DNA of 63,857 nt, the filler included, from Octopus bimaculoides (Eukaryota), in NCBI RefSeq assembly GCF_001194135.2. It is 4 parts of 3 records of this genome, joined end to end, with 100 filler letters (N's around TTAATTAATTAA, not from the genome) between each part and the next. Parts side by side here need not be neighbours in the genome. Positions count along the whole stretch, not along the records: positions 17,783 to 43,517 come from NC_069004.1; positions 43,618 to 56,273 come from NC_068996.1; 2 more parts are not named here. One strand, written 5' to 3'. Below are positions 39,785 through 51,041 of this stretch, piece by piece. Under the pieces are notes generated by a model. The model was given only the letters and a program-made list of their open reading frames with translations. It did not search any database and had not been told where the DNA came from. The stretch's first letter is position 1, and each line of letters opens with the position of its first letter. The position numbers and the translations under genes were made by a program.

Positions 39785-40112
39785 TCGCCTTACTGGCACT
39801 TGTGCCATTGGCACATGAAAAAAACATTTGAGCAAGGTCGTTACCAGTGCTGCAGGACTGGCTCCTGTGCAGGTGGCATGTAAAAAACACTACTTGAGCG
39901 TGGCCATTGCCAGTACCGCCTGACTGGCCCTCGTGCTGGTGGCATGTAAAAGCACCCACTACATTCTCAGTGGTTGGCGTTAAGAAGGGCATCCAGCTGT
40001 AGAAACTCTGCCAGATCAGATTGGAGCCTGGTGCAGCCACCTGGTTCGTCAGTCCTCAGTCAAATCGTCCAACCCATGCTAGTATGGAAAGCGGACGTTA
40101 AAAGATGATGAT
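39785..40112 (+). mobile_element. SINE family D with RTE-like 3' tail
   Basis: Internal ggcatgtaaaa repeats, then ggttggcgttaagaagggcatccagctgtagaaac...ccaacccatgctagtatggaaagcggacgttaaa(gat)n. A second copy at ~40510-40766 ends in (GAT)n; fragments at ~21255-21400 and ~27995-28080. Confidence 0.8.
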
Positions 40113-40733
40113 AACTAGCTTCCACAGTTTCCACCTACTAAATTCACTCCTGAAGATTTGGTTAACCCAGGGTTATAGGAGAAGACCTTTGCCCAAGTTG
40201 TTGCACAGTTGAATTGAACCTAAAAGCATGTGACTGCAGAACAAACTTTTTAAACACACAACCATGCCTATGCCTATATATGTGAATGAGAAAATGGGAT
40301 GGTCATGGCTGGAATGTCTTTGATCATTTGTGTATTCAATGAGAATTTCCAGGCCTTACAGAGGGAATGACAAGGAAGAGAGACTTCTGGTGGTTTGTGC
40401 TTATGAAGACATGTCAAGCTAAGTAAAACTGGGGTTGTCCTTGCATACGGGTTTGTCCCTTACTTGCCTCTTCAGCTCAGGGATCCTAATCTTGAGGGCT
40501 CATGGGTGTTGGGGGGGGGGCACATAAAAAGCACCTGTGCTAGTGCTACATAACACCACCCATGCAGGTGCTGCATAAATGCACCTGGGGACACACTGTA
40601 AAGTGGTTGGCATTAGGAAGGTCTTTCAGTTGTAGAAACCATGCCAAAACAGACACGGGGCCCAGGCAGTTCTTCAGCTGGCCAGCTCCTATCAAACCAT
40701 CCAACCCATGCCAGCAAGGAAAACAAACGTTAA

Positions 40734-40766
<33 letters not shown>

Positions 40767-40875
40767 TCAATGATCATTTCATGTTTGATTCCCAAAACAA
40801 CAGAAGTTGAATATTCACAGATTAAATCTACAAATAAAATATTCACAGATTTTGTGTTAGATTTAATCAGATCTT

Positions 40876-40914
<39 letters not shown>

Positions 40915-41186
40915 TCGGCTCTGTTAAGCTGTCTCAAGATTAACAGAATGGTACCTTCTATGATCTGATATGAAGAGATCCAATCTCCATTAATCTCTTA
41001 AACATTGTCATTATTAGTTTTAACGATCACAATTTTTTTTTTCTTAATCTCTATCAACTGCTAATCAAAGTGGATTTTATAAAATTTGAATGGGAAATTT
41101 TGTTTCAAACTTCTGCCATTTCTCAAAACTAATTTTTAAATCAAATTTTAATCTCTTTTCACATTAACCAAAATGTTCAATAACTA

Positions 41187-41219
<33 letters not shown>

Positions 41220-41431
41220 TTTCCTTCTTTAAATCCTCTCACTTTTACATGTTGAGACAAAATCTTTAATTAATCTGTCAACAGTAATGACATTTTTTTT
41301 TTTATACATTCTGTAATGAAGAATTCATAATTAATGTAATGTTTAACAAGATATTTTAATATTTCCAGGTAATAAAAAATTTGAAAAAAAAAAAACTACA
41401 GCATCTCACTTCTCAAACATTCACATTCTCT

Positions 41432-41790
41432 GGAACACATGGGGTTCCTGCTACATGTTCACACAACAGGAACTGTTGTATTCCCACTACATGTTCATAC
41501 ATCTAGAACTGTGGTGTCCCTGCTACATGTTCAGATAACTGTATGGAACAAGTGACATTCCATATAAATGTTCACATTATCTGGAACTGTGGCAATCCTG
41601 CTACATGTTCACATACCAAGAACTGTGGCATTTCCACTACATGCTTATACATTTGGAACTATGGTGTTCCTGCAACATGTTTCAGACAACTGGAACAAGG
41701 CATCCCATGTACATGTTCACATTATCAGGAACTTTAGTGTTCCTGCTACATGTTCACATACCTGGAACATATGAAACATGTAGCAAGAAT
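41432..41790. repeat. ~36-bp minisatellite (about 9-10 units) with four-unit higher-order structure
   Basis: Unit ggaactgtgg..ttcctgctacatgttcacatatct. Unit variants recur with a period of roughly 145-150 bp. Confidence 0.85.
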
Positions 41791-41915
41791 GTTTGATATT
41801 TTTGCTAGATATTCACATATCTGAGGCGGTGCTGTGGATTTGTGATCACACGACTATAACAAAGCTCTTGATACACACAAGCATCCATGTACTGAAACAA
41901 GTAAAAGGTTAAAGA

Positions 41916-41948
<33 letters not shown>

Positions 41949-41960
41949 CACACACACAAA

Positions 41961-42294
41961 TGCATATGATGGGTACAGGACATCACCAACAGTAAACAAC
42001 ATGAAATATGAAAACAAATGAGTTCAATATGTAAACAACGAGAGAAACAAGTAGAAAACAGGACAAGTAACATAAAAAAACGACCCTTCATCAGTTGTCA
42101 GTTGTCTATCTACTGTCTTGTTGTTCAATGCTCGAAATGAGGAGTAGATAGACAGCCGTCAACCAATGAAGGGGCGTTCTTTGTGTTACTTGTTCTGTTT
42201 TCCATTTGTTTCTCTTGTTGTTTGTGTATTGAACTCATTTGTTCTCATATTTCATGTTGTTTACTTTTGGTGACGTCCTGTATCCGTATGTGCA
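41961..42294. mobile_element. Fold-back element, ~152-bp diverged arms with a 28-nt spacer
   Basis: 41961-42114 is the approximate reverse complement of 42143-42294, flanked by (CA)/(TA)n. Same family as 63421-63739. Confidence 0.85.
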
Positions 42295-43082
42295 TATGTG
42301 TATGTATATATATATATATATATANNNNNNNNNNNNNNNNNNNNNNNNNNNNNNNNNNNNNNNNNNNNNNNNNNNNNNNNNNNNNNNNNNNNNNNNNNNN
42401 NNNNNNNNNNNNNNNNNNNNNNNNNNNNNNNNNNNNNNNNNNNNNNNNNNNNNNNNNNNNNNNNNNNNNNNNNNNNNNNNNNNNNNNNNNNNNNNNNNNN
42501 NNNNNNNNNNNNNNNNNNNNNNNNNNNNNNNNNNNNNNNNNNNNNNNNNNNNNNNNNNNNNNNNNNNNNNNNNNNNNNNNNNNNNNNNNNNNNNNNNNNN
42601 NNNNNNNNNNNNNNNNNNNNNNNNNNNNNNNNNNNNNNNNNNNNNNNNNNNNNNNNNNNNNNNNNNNNNNNNNNNNNNNNNNNNNNNNNNNNNNNNNNNN
42701 NNNNNNNNNNNNNNNNNNNNNNNNNNNNNNNNNNNNNNNNNNNNNNNNNNNNNNNNNNNNNNNNNNNNNNNNNNNNNNNNNNNNNNNNNNNNNNNNNNNN
42801 NNNNNNNNNNNNNNNNNNNNNNNNNNNNNNNNNNNNNNNNNNNNNNNNNNNNNNNNNNNNNNNNNNNNNNNNNNNNNNNNNNNNNNNNNNNNNNNNNNNN
42901 NNNNNNNNNNNNNNNNNNNNNNNNNNNNNNNNNNNNNNNNNNNNNNNNNNNNNNNNNNNNNNNNNNNNNNNNNNNNNNNNNNNNNNNNNNNNNNNNNNNN
43001 NNNNNNNNNNNNNNNNNNNNNNNNNNNNNNNNNNNNNNNNNNNNNNNNNNNNNNNNNNNNNNNNNNNNNNNNNNNNNNNNNN

Positions 43083-43127
<45 letters not shown>

Positions 43128-43186
43128 TCAGTAAATCATAAATATGAGAAAGAAGCACACTCTAAGTTATAAAGTAGTATAGTATA

Positions 43187-43476
43187 TAGATAAAGATAGC
43201 TATGGCCGGCCTATGGGGTTATCCTCGGTTGCATGTCCATAAAGCACTCAGCTTTACAGTCTTTCTTCAGGCCTTAGGGCTATGGCCTCTATAGCAAGTG
43301 GCTCATCTAGAAGAGGCGTTTCTTCAGGTCCTAGGTCCATGGCTTCTCTAGCAAGTGGCCTCTCTAGAAGAGGCTACTTGCTAAAGCGGTCTCTGAAGAG
43401 ACACTGTAAAGCTGAGCACTTTATGAACGTGAAACCCAGGGTAACCCTATAGACTGTCCATATCTATCCTTATCTT
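43187..43476. mobile_element. ~290-bp MITE with ~85-bp diverged TIRs and an internal ~58-bp tandem duplication
   Basis: agataaagatagctatgg...cactcagctttacagt mirrored by actgtaaagctgagcac...ccatatctatccttatct. The unit tttcttcagg...ctagaagaggc occurs twice. Confidence 0.75.
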
Positions 43477-43484
43477 TCTACCTA

Positions 43485-43517
<33 letters not shown>

Positions 43518-43644
43518 NNNNNNNNNNNNNNNNNNNNNNNNNNNNNNNNNNNNNNNNNNNNTTAATTAATTAANNNNNNNNNNNNNNNNNNNNNNNNNNN
43601 NNNNNNNNNNNNNNNNNATATGTATATATATACATACACATATA

Positions 43645-44935
43645 TATCATGTCATCCCATAAGTTCTGTCCGAATTTTGAATAAAGAAAACAAGTGATCA
43701 AATGTTATATTTAATTGTAATTTAATTATCAATGTACTTTCCCTGATTGTCTATGACTTCCTTCCATCTATTTACAAGCTTTTTAATCCCATCAATGTAA
43801 AACTCTTTTAGTTCAAAGCGAAGAACTCTGAAATGTCAGTTTCGACCTCCTCCTGGCTTGCGAAAGTTATGTCCCCCAAATGATTCTGTAAGCTACGAAA
43901 CAAATGGTAGTCTGAAGGAGCAAGGTTGGGAGAATAAGGTGGATGAGGAATTTTTTCCCAACCAAGCTCTTCGATCTTCTGTGATGTAATCTTTGCAGTG
44001 TTGGGTCGCGCATTGTCTTGATGAAACATCACTCATTTTCGATTCACTAAAGCAGGTCTTTTTTTCTTCAAAGCTTGGCTCAAACACTCTAATTGCTGAC
44101 AGTAGACTTGAGCATTGATTGTTGCATTAGGTGGTAACAATTCAAAGTGAATTACTCCTTTGTAATCTCACCAGATAGAGAGAAGAACCCTTTTCCCATG
44201 AAGTTCCCTTCTCGGTTGTGGTTGAGCTTTTTCCCTTTTACCAAGCCACTGTTTACGACGTTTAGCATTTCGATAGAAGATCCATTTTTCATCACAAGTC
44301 ATAAGTCTATCCAAAAAGGGTAAAATGAGTTCGCGAGAATGGAGAGAAGAGCAGATGTCAACTCGGGATTTGCGGTTGCTTTAAGACAATTCATGAGGCA
44401 CCCATTTTCCAAGTCTAGGAACTTTTCCAAGTTGTTGAAGATGACGATGAACAATTGCATGGTTTGAACTAAGCTTTATTGCCAATTCTTCAACTGATAA
44501 TGCAGGATTTTCTCCATGTAATGCCTCAAGGAGCTTATCATCAAACTCAACTGGACGTCCTGTTCGATCTTCATCTTCAAGGTTGAAATCTCCACTTCTG
44601 TATCTTGCAAACCATCTTCTGCAAGTTCTTTCATTCAGGCATTCTTTCCCATAAACTGAGTGTATGTTTCGAGTCGCTTCGGCTGCAGAGTTTCCTTTTT
44701 TGTACTCATAAATCATTATGTGCCTCAAATGCTCTTTGGATACTTCCATGTTAGAAAGTATTTTAGTCAAAGAAATTTTAATTCTATTATTCTGTAAAAT
44801 AATATTTAATTCGTTTAAATGTCCACAAATGCATCAAAATAATTTTTAATTCCATTAGACATTCTAAAATACTATTAAATATCATTCAATGTTAAAAAAG
44901 GTAAAATCGGACAGAACTTATGGGATGACTTGATA
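43645..44935 (-). mobile_element. Full-length mariner transposon (1291 bp) with ~29-bp TIRs and TA flanks
   Basis: TIR tatca(t/a)gtcatcccataagttctgtccga at both ends with one mismatch, TA on both sides. Exact ends are ambiguous by 2 nt because of the flanking TA repeats. Confidence 0.95.
43722..44749 (-). pseudogene. Mariner DD34D transposase pseudogene (~342 codons; three in-frame stops and one frameshift)
   Basis: MEVSKEHLRH...WVPHELS*...LMTCDEKWIFY...SIW*DYKG...K*VMFHQDNARP...PYSPNLAPSDYHLF, then a frameshift near 43812 into KEFYIDGIKKLVNRWKEVIDNQGKYIDN*. Confidence 0.95.
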
Positions 44936-44940
44936 TATAG

Positions 44941-45200
44941 TGAAGGCGCGTGGGTTAGAGGTTAGGGTATTTCGCTCACGATCGTAAAACCGTGAGTTAT
45001 TGCGTCCTTCAGCAATGTATTTTATTTTATGCTGCTCCGGTCCACTCAGCTGGCAAAAATTAGTTGTATCTGTAATTCAAAAGGGCCAGCCTTGTCACAT
45101 TCTGTGTCACGCTGAATCTCCCTAAGAACTACATTAAAGGGACGCGTGTCTGTGATGTACTCAACTACTTGCATGTTATTCATTTAGCGAGCAGGCTGAA
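44941..45200 (+). mobile_element. tRNA-derived SINE (family E), degenerate
   Basis: tgaaggcgcgtgggttagaggttagg head related to 53623 and 11657, followed by a gctccggtccactcagctggc body. Confidence 0.6.
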
Positions 45201-45515
45201 AAGTCGACGTCGTAGCCAACGGAATGCCAGTTACACACATACACATTTACCACATTATGAATGAGGTGATAAGACAGTCAGATGCTGTCTCACACCAGTC
45301 GATAATTACTTCCCAAGTTTAGATAAATATCTCAAAATATTCAATACAAACACTTTCAAATTTAACTATACTTGCCTCTCAAACACAGGTTCAAGAAAAT
45401 CTTCAACTGCAACTAAAAACATTAATTTGAGTAACGCCCCACTACTACTATGCAACTTCATCGAGACTTCCACCGAAACTTCCCCCTGAACATCAAATGC
45501 CTTCAGACAAAATTA

Positions 45516-45546
<31 letters not shown>

Positions 45547-45567
45547 CATACATACATACATACATAC

Positions 45568-45911
45568 ATGATGGTCGTCCACTCATGACCGAGGAAGACC
45601 ATTGCCGATCTTCAGGAACATTGTGCGCTCTAGTACTAACTTATATTTTGCATTTGCGGCTCCGTTGGTGGCTAATGAGCCCTGCTCTTGACAAGCATAC
45701 ACGACTGCAAACATTGCAGACCAAGCTTTCCCCATTCACTATACGAGCCGTGCGCTTTCGCACAGCTCGCTTAAGTCCTTCATGCTGGATACGTGCTCTC
45801 TCAAAAGTGTTGATCCCCTCCTTAACCTGCTTCCTCCATCCGTGGCGATGACAGGCATTGCTCTCCCAGTCAGTGTCCTGCATATCACAGGCCTTTAATG
45901 AGGACTTGACG
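45568..45911 (-). mobile_element. RTE-clade LINE 3' end with C-terminal C2H2-like zinc finger
   Basis: WESNACHRHGWRKQVKEG...LVCNVCSRVCLSRAGLISHQR, stop at 45641, then a short 3' UTR running into (TGTA)n. Confidence 0.85.
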
Positions 45912-46238
45912 TACATACATACATACATACATACATTACATACATTACATACATACATACATACACACATACATACATTCATACATACACACGCACATAT
46001 ACATACAGACAGACAGAGGGACATACATACATATAAAAATATGATGTTGAAATTCCAATGAAAGAGCCTTGGATCTAAATGAGAAACAGGCTCTTTCTCT
46101 ATTGGCAAGAAATCTTGAAATAACCTGAATAACATATATTTATCCATAGACACGTACACACATACATAAATGTATGTATGTATGTATGTATGTATGATGT
46201 ATGCATGTATGTATGTATATACATATATATATATATAT

Positions 46239-46349
<111 letters not shown>

Positions 46350-46659
46350 CATAAATGTACACATATATATATGTGTATGTATATATGTATATGTATGTAT
46401 GTATGTCTGTCTGTTTGAATGTATGTATGTATGTATTTAGCTCACACACATCTATTTGCATATATGGTACCGACGCACACTTGAACCTCAAAGAACACGT
46501 CTTCCTCAAGTCATGGTATTTATTCACAGAGAATTCTCAACATGTTACTTAGGAATTAAGTCTAATTATGATGAATATCTTTCATTTTTCTTTTATCTCT
46601 TACTAACGTCAGTCATTAGACAGCTATCATCCTTGGGCACCACTTTAAAGGGTTTAATA

Positions 46660-46893
46660 CAGTGGTTCCTAAAATGGGCGATAATGGGGGAGCGATTCAT
46701 GTAAAAACTTGGGCGCTAACGGAGTAGCGATTCATATAAAAATAAAATAATGGGTTTTATTTGTGAAATACAGTTGCTTTGAATTTTCTCCAGAAAGACG
46801 TCTATATTTGTGATGGTTAGTTGGGCTGGCGGTGCTAGGAATGTAACCTGGGTGTCAAGGAGGCAGCAACTCGAGAAAGTTTGGGAACTACTG
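46660..46893. mobile_element. hAT-type MITE (234 bp) inserted into a family A SINE
   Basis: TIRs cagtggttcctaaa / tttgggaactactg. Flanks gtttaata / gttgaatg (6 of 8 match). SINE sequence continues on both sides. Confidence 0.75.
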
Positions 46894-47010
46894 GTTGAAT
46901 GGAACAAATAACCTCTACCACTTTTTTCTTTTAAGCCTAGTATTTATTCTATCGATCTCTTTGGTCGAACAGATGGGTGCAACGCTCCCTCGTTACACAC
47001 ATTTGCATAT

Positions 47011-47320
47011 CTCTCCTATGGAACACGCAGCTCAATAATGGCTGCTAACAACAGGTTCGCATTTTCTAACAGTGTCCAGCCTAAAATTCTTTTCTCGTTA
47101 CGCTGTGTGCCATGTCATCTTCTTACTGACCGCCTCAGCGATATCGATGACACCATCCGGCACTGTGCTAAATTGATCTGCAAAGTAAGTTTTGACTGAG
47201 TCGGCTAACAACAGGCTAAACCGCCTGTTAAATTCGGTAGCCTTAGCCTCTGTTCACCATTGGACATGGCTCTGCCGGCCTATCTTTCCTCAGTCGTTTT
47301 GTTGTGTCTGTCACCTCATT
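47011..47320 (+). pseudogene. CRE-clade retrotransposon fragment (region C-terminal to the RT core)
   Basis: One frame: QPKILFSLRCVPCHLLTDRLSDIDDTIRHCAKLICKVSFD*VG*QQAKPPVKFGSLSLCSPLDMALPAYLSS. This resembles the CRE pattern PKL.Y.LR..P...L..FD..IR......QA.LPV..GGLG......ALPAFLSS. Confidence 0.7.
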
Positions 47321-47535
47321 CATATGTACTAGAATGAATTGACCCAAGTACATATTTTTGTTTTTAAGTCATTGTACTTATTATAAAGGTTTTTTTTTGC
47401 CGAACCGCTAGTTTATGGGGGGACGGGACGGGCGTAAACACACCAACACTAGTTATCTAGCCATGGTGGGGGACAAACACAGACCCAATGATACATATAT
47501 ATATATACGTATCGACGTATATATGCATGTATGTA

Positions 47536-47583
<48 letters not shown>

Positions 47584-48363
47584 NNNNNNNNNNNNNNNNN
47601 NNNNNNNNNNNNNNNNNNNNNNNNNNNNNNNNNNNNNNNNNNNNNNNNNNNNNNNNNNNNNNNNNNNNNNNNNNNNNNNNNNNNNNNNNNNNNNNNNNNN
47701 NNNNNNNNNNNNNNNNNNNNNNNNNNNNNNNNNNNNNNNNNNNNNNNNNNNNNNNNNNNNNNNNNNNNNNNNNNNNNNNNNNNNNNNNNNNNNNNNNNNN
47801 NNNNNNNNNNNNNNNNNNNNNNNNNNNNNNNNNNNNNNNNNNNNNNNNNNNNNNNNNNNNNNNNNNNNNNNNNNNNNNNNNNNNNNNNNNNNNNNNNNNN
47901 NNNNNNNNNNNNNNNNNNNNNNNNNNNNNNNNNNNNNNNNNNNNNNNNNNNNNNNNNNNNNNNNNNNNNNNNNNNNNNNNNNNNNNNNNNNNNNNNNNNN
48001 NNNNNNNNNNNNNNNNNNNNNNNNNNNNNNNNNNNNNNNNNNNNNNNNNNNNNNNNNNNNNNNNNNNNNNNNNNNNNNNNNNNNNNNNNNNNNNNNNNNN
48101 NNNNNCCCCCCCCCCACCTCATTATACTTCTCATTGGTCACTTCCCTTTAATGTTTTAGTGTGGTCGTCTGTCATATACGCTTCGTTCTTTATTCACCAT
48201 ATTACGAAGGTTGCGTGTGAAAACAAGATTAATAACACAGATATTTGACTTTTCATATATTTTATTAACCCGCATGCGTACTTACAAACATATCAATGGA
48301 ATAACGTTCATGAAACAACGAACATAATAATTAGGAAGCTTTTAATATGAAAATAGTAGCAAA

Positions 48364-48545
48364 GCGGTGAGTTGGCAGACAAAATGGTTAGCGACGTTTC
48401 GTCCGTCACTACGTTTCGTCCGTCACTACGTTCTGAGTTCAAATCCCGCCGAGGTTGACTTTAAATTTCACCCATTCGAGGTTGCTAAAATAAGCAAGAA
48501 CCAGTTGAATCCTCCTCCAGAATTGCTGGCCTTCTACCAAAATTT
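48364..48545 (+). mobile_element. SINE family B (gcggtgagctggcaga head; gttctgagttcaaat B box)
   Basis: Related copies at ~11370-11640, 12040-12200, 12680-12780, 13780-13925, 16960-17085, 38512-38575 and 55925-56100. Confidence 0.75.
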
Positions 48546-50497
48546 GAAACTAGAATCATGAAAACACTATATAGTCACTGAAGACGAAATAAGTGGGGTG
48601 AATATAAATCATTACATAATATTAATGTCTGTTACCCGAAACTACTACTTAAAGTTGTTGCCTTTTGTCGAGTACAACATAAGCTTGTTAAATAACAAAA
48701 CGTGAAAGAAGGTGAAAGACCAACTCACTGTTGGATGACTGGGTAGCTCTGGTCTGAGGCTAAATTGGCCAACATTTTGTAACTTTAAGCCACATTTTCC
48801 AGAACCTTCGGCAAAATTGTTTAGCAGAAAAATGTGTTCACTTCCTTTAGAGTTCGCACAACAGCCATAAGTCAGCTAGTGTTGACTGGCCGAGCCATAT
48901 TCACGAGGCATTAATGTCTTTTATGGCAGCATTTTTCCTTTTATGGTCGCGACTTCTAATCTGGGAATATCAGAGAGCTATGGTTCAGAACTCAGAAGGA
49001 ACTTCACTATAACGTGATCGATAGAGATTTTACTTATTCCAAAGCATGCTTCAAAACTTTGATGAGCAATTCGAAAATAGTTTGATTTCTATCGTTGCCT
49101 GCGTAAGTTTTCGCCCCACCATCAATCAAATTTTCTTCCAGTTGTCTTTTCCGTTGAAAAACGTTCGTGTAAAGTGTATGCTGTACGGATTGTGTTGTAT
49201 TAATATACTAATAGATAACGCCAGTGATGAAGAACATAAATTGTGCAGGTTGCTTGTGTTATTTTAGTGCTGGGAATTAATAATCTAAGAGCATCTGTTG
49301 AGTTTTACATTGGGTAGTGATTGAATAGCGTGTGCTGTGTTGCATCAAATTTTTTTGGTGGTGATTCTGTGGAGACAGTCATGCTGTTTGTTTTATTGAG
49401 TAATAAACGGCAGGCAAAATTAAAGTGGCCCGCAGAGGAAATGCAGCTCGAGCAGGTTGCTACACTTGCTCTCCAAACGATAAAGGATTGCTGGTCGATG
49501 TTTGTACTGCAGTACTCTTCTTATTTTTTGTTTTTTTGTTGCTGATTTTCTTTTTTTGTTTGTTCTGGAACAGAAAATAGTTTCAGAATGTTTGTCCCGC
49601 TTCCATTTGTGTGCAGAACACATGAAAATCTTTTAGTCATTCAGGACGAGATGAGGTCTTAAAACCAACACAACCATCACCCTTTACACGAACCCACACC
49701 ATCACCACCACTATCAGTCTCAACAACAACAGCAATTGCAGCAGCAGCAACAACAATAACAACAACAATACGGGCGGGACAAAGAAAACAAATCCTGTTA
49801 TGTGGTAACTTACAGCCTAGAACAGCGCCAAATTTACTTCATAAATTACTGTCTTTGCAGTAATGATATAACCAACGAGGTCAACAGCGATATTCAGTAC
49901 CAATAACAACAACAGCAACAACATGATCTTCAACGACGACTGCAACAACGGCAACAACAATTTGTCCTGAAAGATAGTTGTATGTTTATATTATAGGGAT
50001 GAAATTACTGACTTGTTTTTTTTAACAGTTTTGTCACGATTCTTTAAGCTATTAATGAAGAGTTGCGAAACTCGGAGTATAACAAAAAATAATTGGTGTT
50101 ACTTTCGAGTGTAGTGTACCGCAGAGGCTAGAGAAGATTGAAAATCCTCGATTACAGCACTTAGAAAATAGTGATTTCGGTACTGAGTGTTAAATTATAT
50201 CTGATTAGTCTAATTTCGTATTTTGTGAACAATCTTTTGGCGCCGAAATTTAAGAAAACGGAAGTTACTAAATGATAAGCTAATTCAGTATTGCCGTATG
50301 CAAATAAAAACTCAAGGCTGTTATTGTTTCTGAGCCTAATCAATGGTTAAATGGTTTAGCGTCAATGGTTTAGCGTCATCAGTGAGAATCTTTTCATGGC
50401 AAACATACACTCGTAGCACAACAATGATTAATTCTCAAAGACTACTAGCTTTCCACTAGAAAAAAACAAACAAACCAGACCCACGTTGAAGCATTAC

Positions 50498-50533
<36 letters not shown>

Positions 50534-50596
50534 CACCACCACCACCACCANNNNNNNNNNATCACCACCACTACTACCACCACCACCATCACCACC

Positions 50597-50634
<38 letters not shown>

Positions 50635-51041
50635 ACACGTACGTACATAGACCTTTCAACTGATTGGCATGAATCCACTCACCAAAACCCCACGCCATCA
50701 GACCCATAAACCAGACATACCGTCTCGTCTTTCAGTCTTTCCTATCGTTACAACAGTGGATTTCATTTGCTCGGAATAAACATGTCTCCTATCATCTTCA
50801 CTTGTGTTCCACTCATTCATTTTTCTCCCCTCTCATTATTTACATCGTGTCCACTCTTAGGCACCATATTAACTAATACGTCCAGTGCATTCTTCTCCGA
50901 ATATCGGTCTTCAGGAATTCTATTCTGTCTTTTGCTTTTTCCTGCAGCCGCCGACAACGACATTCAATAAAAATATTAATCGTTCAATCACCTCCATCAT
51001 ACTGGACCGCCAAAGCCAAGTGTATAGCTGTTCTTCTAAAA

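Noticed and set aside
41432-41790. CRISPR-like appearance of the 36-bp repeats
   Set aside because: Units are contiguous and degenerate with no unique spacers, and the context is eukaryotic with no cas genes.
47139-47184. Apparent host exon SDIDDTIRHCAKLICK with good splice sites
   Set aside because: The same frame continues on both sides as CRE retrotransposon homology.
49046-49267. MLQNFDEQFENSLISIVAC as an exon or a third CRE fragment
   Set aside because: Resemblance to either is too weak to call without a homology search.
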